Shown here in pieces: positions 12,763 to 26,074 of a stretch of 64,000 nucleotides of DNA. Source of the DNA: Azolla caroliniana. Its lineage: Eukaryota; Plantae; Polypodiophyta. The position numbers and the translations under genes were made by a program. Each line of letters opens with the position of its first letter. Within the stretch, counting starts at the first letter, position 1. The notes beneath the pieces are model-generated. The model made no database searches. It was given only the letters and a program-made list of their open reading frames with translations, and was not told the origin of the DNA. The DNA lies in contig JBHGNT010000001.1 in NCBI GenBank assembly GCA_043228905.1, positions 36,208,001 to 36,272,000 on the forward strand. Direction: 5' to 3'.

Positions 12763-13007
12763 CTTATGTGGTGTAATGGTATGATCGGTGGACCCATATT
12801 GGCAGTATGGACAATTTTAAATGGAGATTTAAAGAGAACCATAATTTTCCCCGAGTGTTTGAAACAAGGTTTCAACTTGTTGTGTTGGCTCCATGTATTT
12901 TGGCATTCTTCTTGAATTATACAATCTTTCTTAAGACAACAATTAATCCTTCTTTGACTCTAACAATGTGTGGGAATCTGAAGGACTTGCTTGTTGTGGT
13001 ATTAGGG
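12763..13007 (+). pseudogene. Fragment of a nucleotide-sugar transporter (UDP-GlcNAc transporter UGNT1/SLC35D-like)
   Basis: Reads LMWCNGMIGGPILAVWTILNGDLKRT, then after a frameshift NFP...CILAFFLNYTIFLKTTINPSLTLTMCGNLKDL. This matches my recollection of the plant UGNT1-type C-terminal helices. Confidence 0.7.
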
Positions 13008-13349
13008 ATATGTGGAACATGGATATAGTGAGACAATACTCTCCCTCTTTGAGCATATGCAAAGACTTGTTTCATACTTGTTTGTTGCCTAAAAGCATGT
13101 GGTGGCATTAGAGTTACATTAGCAAGCAATGAAATTCACAAGGACATTGTACAAAAATCTGTTGAAAGAGATTATTTCATTGGTAATACATTAGTTGATA
13201 TGTATGCGAAATATGGATCACTTGCCGAGGCACCTGTAGTATTTAACAGGCTTTCGGTCCAAGAACAGGTCTCTTGGAATGCACTGATTGTAGGATATGC
13301 TGAGAATGGGAAATTTGAGGAAGTGCTTAATCAATTTCATCAAATGAAG
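13006..13349 (+). pseudogene. PLS-class pentatricopeptide-repeat (PPR) gene fragment
   Basis: GYVEHGYSE..., LKACG, IGNTLVDMYAKYGSLAEA, VSWNALIVGYAENG; frameshifted and truncated. Confidence 0.85.
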
Positions 13350-16300
13350 GATCCATGGATACCCATTGTCTTACACAAGACAGGCTTGGGAAGGATTGTC
13401 ACTTCCTTTCCATCTATTTTGATTTTGTAGTTGATATGCCTTTTTAAAACTAATGGAAGGATATGTTGTTTAGAAAAGGGAAAAAAAACACCATTGTGAG
13501 AATATAGTATCTAATATGAAGTGTGTCTTGAAGTGATCAACAACTTGCAAGCATCAAAGTTGTGCTCAACTTAAGATAGAGTTGAATATGCCTATTCTAG
13601 GATGCCCATGCCATGGAGATCAATCTCAATAGAGGTAGGCAATACCATTGTCAATAGGAAAAATATGCTCTAGATAGATCACATCAGATCATGATTTATA
13701 AACAAAGAGTTTATGTATATAAATCTCTTTATAGTCTTTTAATGCATGATATATGTGTGGATCACGTAAAGTTGTTTTCGTGTAGAAAGTCAAAATTAAT
13801 ATGGATACAGCCCATTCTGTAAAAATGTTTGCACAAGCTTCCAAGTCATGGTTATCATTATACCCTCATCTTTACAAAGTCGTGCCTAGCTCGCAATGTT
13901 CAATATCATGTCTATTGTTTGTCTGACTATTCTCTATAATGATGTATTGAGTTGTTGGATATATGTTACCTAAACAATTACCCCTCTTTTCATCTCAAAA
14001 TATATAGTCTTTGAAAATACCAATTTCAAACCAGACCTCTCAATATCACTTATGAAAAATATGATTCGTGAATGGAATCCATGTTAAGCTTCCCAAAAAG
14101 AAAGCATTTGAGTGTGACTTATTTTTTAAGGTCATTATGATATACAAATATGAACGAAATGATTCAACGATTGGCAAATGTTTACATTATAAATATCGTA
14201 ATACATGGATTCTTTTTCCTATCACGGATGGAAATTAGTGTGGACAATGTTATTTTGTGTAAGATGGTACCATGTATGAGGTTCCTAATATCTTGTGCAT
14301 GTGCATATGGGTTCCTAAGAGCTAGCTTTCGAAATAAATTGTGATGTCCTACAAACACATATATCACAACTATCTACTACACAAATGCACACAATCTTCA
14401 TTCATTAATCAATCAAATAGATGAGTTATTTTTTATTTGTTTCCTTTCGTTTTATGCTTCCCATGAAACCTTGAAATGGAAATGCATGTGGTGGTGATTT
14501 CTGACACATTTGGTGCTCACGAATCGATTGTGTTGGCCATCATGCGTACACACGATGTTTAAAAATGAATGGATGAACCTCGTTGTAAAAGCAATATATG
14601 AATTCAACTTTTGGAAAACACATATTTAGTTGATGTTTTGTCATTTAAAATATAAGATCCATATCCTCATCTAACATGTTCACATGTGTATGTGTGTGCA
14701 TGTGAGAGAAACCCAATCTGAGTGATATCCCTATAATACCAAGCATACAATATATGATGAGTTATCTCCTCACATGTTCGAGTCATCATGTGTAATAATA
14801 ACTAATTAAATTCATCGTCAACAAAATGTGTATGGCATCTTTCTTGTTGCCATAAACTCTGAAATAATCACTTGTTTAAAAATTAATTCTACATTCTCAA
14901 CAAAACATCTTGAGTCTACCATTTGTTTAGAGTTTCAAAAGTGTAATGGTATATTAGATGTCTTCAAACTAAAAATGAGATTATACTTCCTTTTGCAAAC
15001 TTTCTACCTCTTCTACTCGTGCATTAAATTCTTATTAAACCCCACAATCGTTCTTGACGTAAGGTTGCAATTACAGTGAAAAGAAAGCTTTAAATTAAGG
15101 TTTTGCATGTTTCATGATACGATTTAATATGTTTGTGAAGATTATCTATTGACTAAGACTTCTAGAAACTAGAGAAACTTTAATCAATGACATTCTCTAA
15201 GGCTTTTCTCATACAATACGAAATATAAGAAGCAAAAATCATGAAGCGGAACATGCTCTCACTAAATGGCATAGTTCAAGGTGTCTTTTGACCAGAAAGA
15301 TTACAACTTTTTTTGCTCGCTTCAATATGAGTAATATATTGTCTATTAAATATAACGGTATACATGCTTGTCGACAAAAAAAAATTAGAGTTTTAATCTT
15401 TGTTGCATGTATTATATGCAAAAAATATCTTATACACATTGTGTTTTTTGCTCCCCAATACACTAACAACTCTTAAGAACTCAACCAATCTGGAAACTTA
15501 AAACACAATCCTCGGGAGTCGAGAGCTGCATAACAACGAGGGTAAACTTCGTGAAATTGTCAGCTTTTGGGAGACAAGACAAATGACATATTGGTGCTAT
15601 TCATGATACACAAAGATATTTTGTGATAGATTGCAAAAAACACTTGTCCTCAAAAGGTTCTTTTCCTACTAAAAGTTGTATCTACACATGGCCATTATAT
15701 GATATCTTGATATAGTATTCACGCGTAAAACATAGAATAGTTTTTTATTCTTTCAAGTTGATGTATTTCGTTGAAATAGGAACAATCATGAAACGCGGAA
15801 GCTTCGTGGGGACGACCTTTTAAGTTTATTAGTGACTAGATGTTTCATGTGATGAATGATCAATGAACAAGAGGAACGAGGAACGAGGAGAGATCAATTA
15901 ACAAATGTCATAAGTCATTATATGGAGAAGACAAGAGTGAATGAAGAAATAACCAAATGACAGAAGCTATTATGGAGATGTGAAGAAAGTCCATATGGAT
16001 ATTAGTAAGTGTTACAAATGCTTCCGAGATATTATTTTGTTTTTACTTGTACAAACAAGTAGCAAAACATATCGAACATATCAATCATGACACACATCAA
16101 AATGTAAAGTATTGTTGTGTGTTATGATTCCACTAACCATGATACATTTAGTCCACATAGAATGTGCATTAAGGTGTGGAGTCTTTACATAGAGCGTACC
16201 TCAATTGACATACTTGTGTTGTTTCTTTAGGGGGTTCTTAGGCGACAGTTGACCCAAACCCTTAATTTGAGTTAAATAAACTATAAAGGCTAGTTTTGAT

Positions 16301-18262
16301 GGTGATTTGTTGGATTTTGATCACATTAAACAATTACAACCAATTAAGTAAGAGCAACTCAACAGAAATACTATCCCTTATTTCCTTTCTTTCTACAAAA
16401 ATATCCTAGGTCTTGTGTAATACTTGGGAAGGCATTTAAAATATAACCAAATAACAAAAAATCTATTTTTTGAGATTGTTACATGGATATTTGAGCAAAT
16501 GAAAATTTGCCTACACTTGAGAGGATTAAGAAAGAAAAAGCTGACACCCTAACACATGCAAATATTATACATGTCCCATCACGATATATAACAAATATAA
16601 TACATATTACAATGAACTAGATTTATCTCCAGAAGACCCTTTCAACGCATATATGCATACATTAAACTCATCTAAATAGTACGAGTTTAAAGCATGAAAT
16701 ATGTATGACATTATTTTGCATTTGATGTTGCTGTTAGAGGCTAGGTGTCAAGGTCTCTCTAAGGGATTGAAATATTGCTAGGTGTCCATAGACCCATGGT
16801 GCATGCTTATATGATTACATTGATTCATGTGTCCATATGATCGATTGGCATGTGGCAAGAGTGTAATGATATATGGTGTTATGTGCGTACACTACTAATT
16901 AGATTTGGTTCTTTTGTTTGTTATAGAATTTTTGGTGATGAATATTTGGTCATAGTAACCTTGTCGATACGTTACCTACGGCCAAGCTTTTGTAAACATG
17001 TATTCATTGTATGCATATCATAATGATTATATGATCATATGCTTTTAGTGGTTACATAACATTTTGGGTGGCCATTCTAACCTTCTTGATGCATCCATTA
17101 TGCCCAAGCAACCCTAAACAAATGTTGGGTCACTGAAATTAGGATTTCTAAATGTGAATGGTCATATTTAAGTTGTTCTAAGGTAACCAAATGAAAGCCC
17201 TTACTATATAATCCAATCTCAATGACTCAACAAACATCCTAGATTATCAACCACGAAAAATTATCTAGAAGGTTAGATTGACGAAATCTTATACATAAAA
17301 GTTTACATAAAACTAACAAAAAAAAACAAATGTAATGTTTAAGCCCATAGGTTTTTTATTAAGTTTATGTAGTATTACTAATTGTTATCACACACTTATC
17401 GTAAAGTTAGCCCTACCTATTATTTCTTCATGGAAATGCTCAATTATGATAGTTCAATCAAACTTTTATGTTATAGTTTAGCAAGCTATGGTCACTAACA
17501 TTTCCTTTTGAGAAACTTAACTATACATCAATACAAAGCTAATGATGGGGATGGTTTCTCTTATTGTGGTAGTGTTGAATAAAAATGAGAAATTGATTAT
17601 TTACATAGTCAAGAACCACTCAGAAATGCCAAGAATTGTGAGTGAGAACACATGGAATCGGAGGGACAAGCCTAGACCATGGGGCATTCCTAGCCAACAA
17701 GGAAGAATGAAGGACATGTAAAAAACTAATAATAATGAACGAGAATCAATGCATCCACAAAGTGTAAAACAATAAAAACTATAAATATTGGCAATGTGTT
17801 ACTGAATGCAATGCATTAACAATAAAGGCTACATTGTTTGGTGTGTGACACAATCCTTGCCATCATATTCGTCATGTGAAGACTAGGAGTGTTCATATAC
17901 CATATATCATGTAAGGGCATGTGAATTTGTGTGGCACATTAAGTCTCCTCACCATCACATTCGTCACAGGAAAACTATGTATGTGTGTGTATATATGTAT
18001 ATGTATACGTATATACCCCAAGGGAGCTCGATCATTAGTGAAGGATAGAACGTTTAAATATGGTTCGGGATGAACCATTGCATCAAGACTCACAAACTTA
18101 TTCGAGGCAAAATATACATTTGAGAGAGAGAGAGAGAGGACAATGGAAATTTGATTTTTTTGGTGCACACTAATGATGTATACCATAAGTTGGTTGAAGA
18201 TAGAGATTGGTTAACAAATAATGTTTGGGATACATGATACATTACTAGACATGAAAAATGGT

Positions 18263-18750
18263 GGCATGGAGTTTTAGATGCAAGATGGCAGTCTCATCTT
18301 CCATTCCGTGCAAAGGTGTTTGTTTGGCATGCAATAGTTGGTGGGTTGCCTTTGGCGATGCTCTTAAAACGAAGACATATTTCAAATGGGACTCTCTCTT
18401 TTTTGTACAATGGTTGATGAAGATGCTAGACATAGGTTCATCACATGTTCGGTTGCCAAAGCCATTTGGGTGTTATATCACAAAATTGGGCATGGAGTTT
18501 TAGATGCAAGATGGCAGTCTCATCTTCCATTCCGTGCAAAGGTGTTTCTTTGGCATGCAATAGTTGGTGGGTTGCCTTTGGCGATGGCCTTAAAACGAAG
18601 ACAATTCAAATGGGACTCTCTCTTTTTTGTACGATGGTTCATGAATATGCCAGACATAGGTTCATCACATGTCTGGTTGACTACCTTATGTATTGGGGGA
18701 TTTAGTTTAATTGGAGCCGTTTGGGTGTTATATCACAAATTTGGGCATCG
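18263..18750 (+). mobile_element. LINE ORF2 C-terminal (zf-RVT-like) remnant, tandemly duplicated with a period of about 226 bp
   Basis: WQSHLPFRAKVFLWHAIVGGLP and FCTMVDEDARHRFITCSVAKAIW; the unit starting GGCATGGAGTTTTAG occurs at 18263 and 18489. Confidence 0.7.
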
Positions 18751-18887
18751 ATAACATGAAATATTTTGTCACACCTTAAGTTGGTTTTTATTGATGGGGA
18801 TAAAGTTATGCATGCATCATCATATATATTATAAGGTCGTGTTTGACTACCTTAGGTATTGGGGGATTTAGTTTAATTGGACTATAA

Positions 18888-19655
18888 ATGGGTTCTTATT
18901 TGATGGACTTCATGGGGTAACAAAACAGCTCCATAGGATGAAAAGGAAGTTGATTTGGCAATTTTTGCAACTATGTTGTAGGGACATTGTCCCAAGAGGA
19001 GATAGAGGTATGTTATCTAGTTTTACCACACTTGAGAGGGTTTGCCTTACAATGTCACTACTAATGGAGTAGTAAAGATAGCAAGGGTTTATCATCTTGT
19101 TTTAATAAATAACATCGATTTACAAAGAGAGAGAGAGAGAGCCCAGATGGATGTAGCTCAGTTGGCAAGGTTGCCCAATGGAGACCAGGTGGTCATGGGT
19201 TCAACCCTTACATTCCACAGTAGCATCTAGTGAATTAAGAGTATATGAAGTATATAATAGAGAGGTGAGGAAATTGGGTTTCAAACCCATGACGCGATGC
19301 TTGGAGTGTTAACAACTTACCACTAGGGTAAGGTAATTATGAAAGAGGGAGAGAGAGAGAACTAGAGAACAAACAACATTAGGTGTGGGGGATGAGGTTT
19401 AATTAGACCATGAGAATTGGGTTCTTGTTTGATCGACTTCGTGGGGTACAACAACTCCGTAGGATGAATGGAAGTTGATTTGGCAGTTCTCGCAACTATG
19501 TTGGATGGGGACGTTCTCCCAAGCCGAGGTAGAGTTATGTCATCCAGTATACCAGCACTTGAGAGGGTTTACCTTCCCATATTGCTACTAATGAAGTAGT
19601 GGTGATAGCAATGGTTGTATTATTATCTTGTTTTAATAACAAACATACATTTACG
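18888..19655. repeat. Diverged direct repeat of about 235 bp (18888-19125 and 19417-19655), each copy followed by a (GA)n tract
   Basis: Shared blocks GGGTTCTT.TTTGAT.GACTTC, GGAAGTTGATTTGGCA, CACTTGAGAGGGTTT, ATCTTGTTTTAATAA. Confidence 0.75.
19148..19332. mobile_element. Two convergent degenerate tRNA-derived (SINE-head-like) sequences
   Basis: Plus strand: A box TAGCTCAGTTGG (19154-19165) and B-box-like GGGTTCAACCC (19197-19207). Minus strand: CCTAGTGGTAAG...GTCATGGGTTTGAAACCC. Confidence 0.45.
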
Positions 19656-22600
19656 AAAAAGAAGAAGAAGAGAGAGAGAGAGAGAATAACATTGTTATTA
19701 ACATAAGTTTGTTTGTGGCATCGACTTAATACCCACCTTTAATTGGTGACTAACTTGTTAGTCAAATCCAGAGCAAAGAACATGCACGTGCTTACTTCAT
19801 GCATCCTTATCATTTATATTACCTTGCTTTCCGGCATTGGTTGCTTTGCACTTGAGATCAAAGCATTTATAGTAGTAGTTCTTATTGATGACGATGTGGA
19901 TAAGGTTGCTCATCCTAGGGCTGGTTCCTCTCGCACATTTTTACCCCTACAATCAATATTCACCTATCACAAATATTCAAAAGAAAAGACATCGAATGGA
20001 TTTTTACATGAGTTAACAAGTGTTATTTTGCAATTTTTTTATTTTTTTATTTTCCAAAAAAAAATCTACTTCCATTAGTTAAGAAAAAGTACATGGAATA
20101 ATATACAATTCATATGTTACAAGCCACTTTGCAATGGCTACAACAAAACATCATGTATAAATGAAGCAATTTTATGTGTTATAAGAAATTATGAAACCTA
20201 ATTGAGTGTTATATTAGTTAATAGAATATGCATGATCCATTAATGAAAATAAATCCAAAAATCTTTCAATATATCAAAATTTGTTGTGTAGTACTAGAAT
20301 CATGAAATCTTATTATTCAACATTTATGCATGCAACAAGGGAATAATAGAGAAAAAGAGTCATAGAGAGAGAATTGACAAATGCTAACAATAAGTAGATC
20401 AAGGAGAAGGGGGGGGGGGGGGGGGGGGGGACTTCTCCGTCTTCATCTTCTTATTGAGTTCAAATCACAATACGTCATGTGTGCTCATGCAATGTTTGAA
20501 ACATGACTATTTTATTCAAGGTGTGGTCCCGTTATTTGAAGAAATTACGAGGTTCTCCGAATTCTCCTTTTTTGTTACAAGACCCATTGGAACTCCACTT
20601 CCATCATGACTTGGTCATGAAGTAAAAACATCTCAATCAATGGGTTTGTTTTCGTTTATATTTTTTAAAACCCTATTAATTTTTCTAATGAACCTTATCA
20701 TCCATAAATAGTTCAATCTAAGTGTCTCTCGATTATGAGGAGGATGTTATTGGCTTCCCCTGAATGGAATTTCTTTCCATGTGAAGGCATGTAGTGAAGA
20801 ATGTCCATGCCTAAGATAGAATTCCTACAACCTTGTTGTGTTGTATGGGCAGGTGAGGAACGTATGCACAAGACTTTTAACCTCCGTCCCACATCTACAT
20901 CACATTTTCCTGTAACTTTCCAAAGTCACGCAAAGACTTTATTCCTAACAAAGACATTTATTATTCGACAATAAATTTTATTTTAAAATATGTGTTTTTT
21001 ATTCATTAATCTTGTCAATACTATTTGCACGACTTATACGAGAATTTTTTATATGTATAGAACTCTTTAAATAAGTTTCGAGATCATGAAAAATACTGTT
21101 TAAATAAATCTGGTTGATATTTTTTGTATTGTTTTATATAGTCTTTACCAAAAACTTCCTTCTGTGCGTACTCATTCCATCATGGCATACTTGGAAATGA
21201 AGCAAAGTATAATGTGTGATTGCATAACATAATAAAAAAACTCCTCGGTTTTCTTTACAGATAACCATTGTGTGGGCTTGATGTTAACATACTAAATTTT
21301 GTGATCTCAAAAAATGTTGAAGTGAGTTGATAACCAAAGACGAGTACTGATTTACGTAAATATGTAATGAGAGAATGTCAAGATCTGATTGAGATATAAA
21401 CTTTAATATAAGAGAAACATAACACATAACAAGCTTTGAAAGCAAAATTATATCCAATAACACTAGAATGTCTACATAATTTACAAGTTCTATAGATTTA
21501 CAATATATTGTGAGGACTATTTACTACTATGTTGACCATGTCTAACAAAATAAAGGGCCATAGTTTTACTTTGAGAATTTAATTGTGAACAAGTTTGTGT
21601 TGCCATTGATGTTCTATTCATGTATGAGATATTTTTTGTGAATACATCAATTTCTCTTTTCTTAATTGTTTCTCAACTAATGATCTACTCCATGTAGTGT
21701 AAAAAGTATTATGTTTAAGAACGTCAGTCTAGATCTTATTTGATCACAATACTCATCAATACTATTTTAACAATATGCAATACGACGCTCTAAGGCAAAC
21801 AAGTTGGAAACACTATAAAATGGAACCCTCCTTTGAGGGGTGGCCATCATTAGCTAATGGGCCAATAATGCACAACTTATCATTTTTTTTACTAAATAAT
21901 TTGGCATTCAAGCAACCAAACTTCTAGCTGTGTTTTGGAATAGTGCAATAAATCTATGTGAAATTGCACATTTTATATTTTAACTTGGTGTATGAAAGCA
22001 TCTATCTTGGTTTAACAATGACGACATAGAGTAAGTTTCCACTCTTTGGGAAGTCCTTTGACGCGTGTTTACTATGTTTTTTCAAAGTACTTCATTTGAT
22101 TTCAACAGTAAGTCTAGGACCACCGAGTTTTCAAGGTATGACTATGCTTTCATTAGGCTCAAACCTACACAAGAATCATTTCCCCTATGCATCCACATGT
22201 ACAAAGAGAAAAATAAGATGGTCATGAATCCGGGTCTGATGTGTACAACATAGTATCCACGAAAAATCAATAGAAATTACATGAGTTTAAGCAAGTAAAC
22301 AATTTTCTGCACTCCATGTGAAATAGTAAACAACATGAACTAGAGTAGATGATGAATACATGTCAGATTCCACAATGTCATATAAAGTATCGAAATAGGA
22401 TAATGCTTCAAAAAGCATAGTGTAATGGTTTATGTGTGTTGTATATTTACTCATATTAAATCATTATAAAATGAGTGAGTTAAGGACAAGGTAAAAAAAA
22501 AGTAAGGGACCTTATGAGCTTAGTATATCAATTGCGGGAAATTCGTAGGTTTTGATATTGCTAAGGTATTCTTGGTTTCACAGTATTGTGCTATTTGTGA

Positions 22601-23517
22601 GCTATTTGTGATCCCTCGCTTTACTCTCAAACCAGAAGAACCTTTTCAGAAACCTTGGTCCTACTAGCAGATGACAGTTTCCATAATCCTTGTAGAAAGT
22701 CACTATTTAGTGATGAATAGCAGCACATGAACGAGAAAACTTTTGTGGGACTAAAAACTTTTTTATATGTTTATGTGGACCTAAGTCAAAATATCATAGC
22801 AAATTGGGATGAGAATGAAGAGAAGGAATTAAGCCCACAGTGGTGCCCCCACACCATCATCCTTAATGAGCACGCAATATTTATGCATTTATCTGGCTAA
22901 CCACTCCATCGGCATATATCTCTTGAATATTTCTCACACATTTGACTTTATACTAATTTCAAATATAGTGTTGAGATACTTGGATATGCTATCTAAATGC
23001 CCAACTTTTAATGAACAACAACATGTTGCTACTAATATCTCGATTTTTTTGGCTTTTCCCAAAAATACATTGATTTTTTTATCCTTTTTACGTCATCCGA
23101 AGTGTATGTTTGAGTTCTTATCTCTAAATCTTCCTTGAAATGCTTCCAAGCCAAGAGATATGATGATTTATATGAGGGAGAGAGAGAGAGAGTGTGTGTG
23201 TGTGTGTGTGTGAGCACATGTACACATAAATGTAGATGTGTGTATTGTCGTATCATTTCTTTGGGAGCCAATATAGGATCATCCAAACGAGTGTCAAGTG
23301 TTCCTTTATAGTTACACGAATGGTCAAGGTATTTGAATTAGCACAATGACATCTTGTTTGATTTGACTTATTGCCGTCACCGTGGTAATATTTGTCGGTT
23401 ATTACATCATCATCCCTCATTTACCTTCGAGAGGTTTTGAGCATAGACCATGGTACCACCACAACTGCCAATCAACATGGCAATCTTGCACTCGAAGATA
23501 ATGGTCAATGAATAGTT

Positions 23518-23776
23518 TTTTTTTCCAAAAAATAATATACTCCATTAGTTAAAATATACACAAACTCGATCCCTTTCTTAGGTAGGCCTTGCCTAGACTA
23601 TCCTATCCTTCATAAGAGATCTCATTTATTTATCTTACACTTTCACATGTGTCTCTAGCCATCCATCCTTTCATACACATCACCTGCATTCAATATCCCA
23701 CATGACATCTCTTTCACGCCCCTCGTTCAACTATGTAAGGGAGGGGGGAACAACCATCTGGGTACTACATACTGCC
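23518..23776 (-). mobile_element. 5'-truncated non-LTR retroelement insertion
   Basis: Flanked by the direct repeat ATAATGGTCAATGAATAGTT (23498-23517 / 23777-23796); poly-T at the left end; 3' signature TAATGGAG..TTTGGAAAA on the minus strand. Confidence 0.8.
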
Positions 23777-26012
23777 ATAATGGTCAATGAATAGTTGCTT
23801 GACCTCTAGATGAGTTCTATCAACAGATTCATGTGAGGTATACTAACTCTTGGTTGTAATGTCTAGCGCTATAATGTTAAAACAAAGATGGACGTCTCTA
23901 TAATGAAATTAGATGGGGAGATGTCAACCAAGTTTATGGCTTCGCTCTAACATGACCACATTTTCCATGGTTCGCAACCAATTACGAAAACAAAACAAAA
24001 AAGCATGGATAAAATTGTTGAAGTTTCGCGTATCAAAGAACAATGGGACTTAATTTGATATTAATACCCATTGGCTCTTTAATTTATAGTTTCGATTTAT
24101 GTATACTTTTATAAAGAAACTAATGAGGATGGATCCATCTTGGTATTATTTCATTGTTAGTTTAAAGTTTGCACCTATCTATGATTTTATGCCTCCTCGG
24201 ATTTCTTAGGTATAGTTAGAGCATTCTAAGTATAGTTAGTAGTCGAGGCAATCCAAATGGTTAAATAGCACTTATCAACGAATGAACGCAATCAACACCT
24301 ATGATTTGATCAATACTTTAATGTTCATGTACTTGTATCATGTGAATACTCTCAAGATCTGCTTAATGTAATCTCAGACATTGGTATATTGCGATCGACC
24401 AAATTTAACGATGTAATGAAACTAGTAATAGATTTTGTCTAATATCATAGCATAAAAAAACTATGATTAAACTGGCAATGAAATTAACTGTTGCATGCTT
24501 GTTTGTGTGGATCATTTTTAATATAATTGCATAGGCATTGGATAAATTGCATCAACACTAAACATGCAACATGTTTACCTACAAGTGTACAAGTTTGGAT
24601 AGACATGTATATGCACGAATCACAATATTAACAATATTGTATCCCCTCTTGCATATATGGGAAATGTTTATTTGGATGAACCCTTGAATGTTCATGTGAA
24701 TTGCAATACAAACTGTATGTCATGTGGATGGTCAACATCACATCAATAAACCTTTTGCTTTTTAAATTCTGTAGTTATTGGGTGGAAGCCAATTTCAATA
24801 GTCAGATCTCAGTACCTTTTTGAAGAAATTTCCCTCGTGACTGTTGCTATTGTGGAGATATTTTGTATTGTTGTCTTGTGGTTATCCATGACCAATTTGT
24901 TGAGGCATAGGGTGAGATCATACATAGCTAGAAAACAATCAAAACAATGTCACTTCAACTGAATTTTAGGGTACATAATCTGGGTTCCCCATAATCATGA
25001 GATTGAGATCTAGAATCAGTAGGCATTAAATTTACACACTCAGAAAACAATACAATTGAGCACATAGATATTTTGATATTGGATTTAAGCTGATTTCTTC
25101 GTGAATTAACCATTAAGCATCCTTGATACAAGTTTATTCCAAGTGTTGTGTGCTAATGGAAGTTTGTGATATTTGTTGGCAAAGATAGACATATCCTCAT
25201 GGTAACGACAAGCATTGATATTGTTCATTTAGTTGTGTAGATGGAAGATATGACATTAAATTCCAATAGAAAGGTAATCAAATTGATAAGTGAACGACCA
25301 AATGTTTCCTTTTTCAAGTCACAAGAACTACCAAGCTAATGGCAATCAAGAAAACCAAAGAAGTGTTTCCACAAGAGAAATGTTGTGAATATTCATGGAG
25401 TGATAATGCGGTAACATTTCATAGTAGCTTGATGAGCCCCCTCTTTGATGACAACGACTTTGATCAAAACGTGTTAAAAAAGCGTAACTGAAGATAATAA
25501 TAGCACTTTTTTTAGGTGAGTAATAACTAAACTCTGGAGGAACCTTTCTCCCTTCACAAACAGGAGGCAACTGTGATGACCAACTCTTCTATAAGCCACG
25601 ATGACGCGTATTTCTCAATGCATTGATATGTAAATATCTTACCCTTTGAATATATAGGTGATGTGTGGATCAATACAATATGCAGAAATATTGCGAGTGA
25701 CATTGTGCATAATCATGTTGTACTTTTTTTTATAAACTTTGATGTCAGGGTTTCGTTCATAGTGAGTGATGTGCTGACTAGTGATATTTGTATTTCTCAT
25801 GAAGAGCAAAACTTTTTGAGGAATAATAATTATGTGCAAATAGCAAACATAACATTGTGTAAGTCAAGCTCTTGTTTAGCCAAACAAAGACTTTGGGATG
25901 TAGAGAGTGAGGTTGTAAGGTGTCTACAAGAGAGAGGTGTAAGACGAATTGTCAACATCCATGGGGGATCGACACCACCGATGAGACTTGGTCTCACTTG
26001 GATTCTCTCAAT

Positions 26013-26014
<2 letters not shown>

Positions 26015-26071
<57 letters not shown>
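26015..26071. repeat. (GA)n microsatellite
   Basis: Long perfect AG run. Confidence 0.95.

Positions 26072-26074
<3 letters not shown>

Noticed and set aside
14900-15700. Possible very old LINE RT remnant (LIDNILL, EKAL-like traces on the minus strand)
   Set aside because: Too degenerate to support without a profile search.
16225-17150. Weak inverted similarity (CAG(T)TGACCCAA) suggesting DNA-transposon TIRs
   Set aside because: The match is short and imperfect, with no TSD or transposase.
20408-20430. Poly-G run of more than 20 nt
   Set aside because: A simple homopolymer with no associated structure, and its length may be unreliable.
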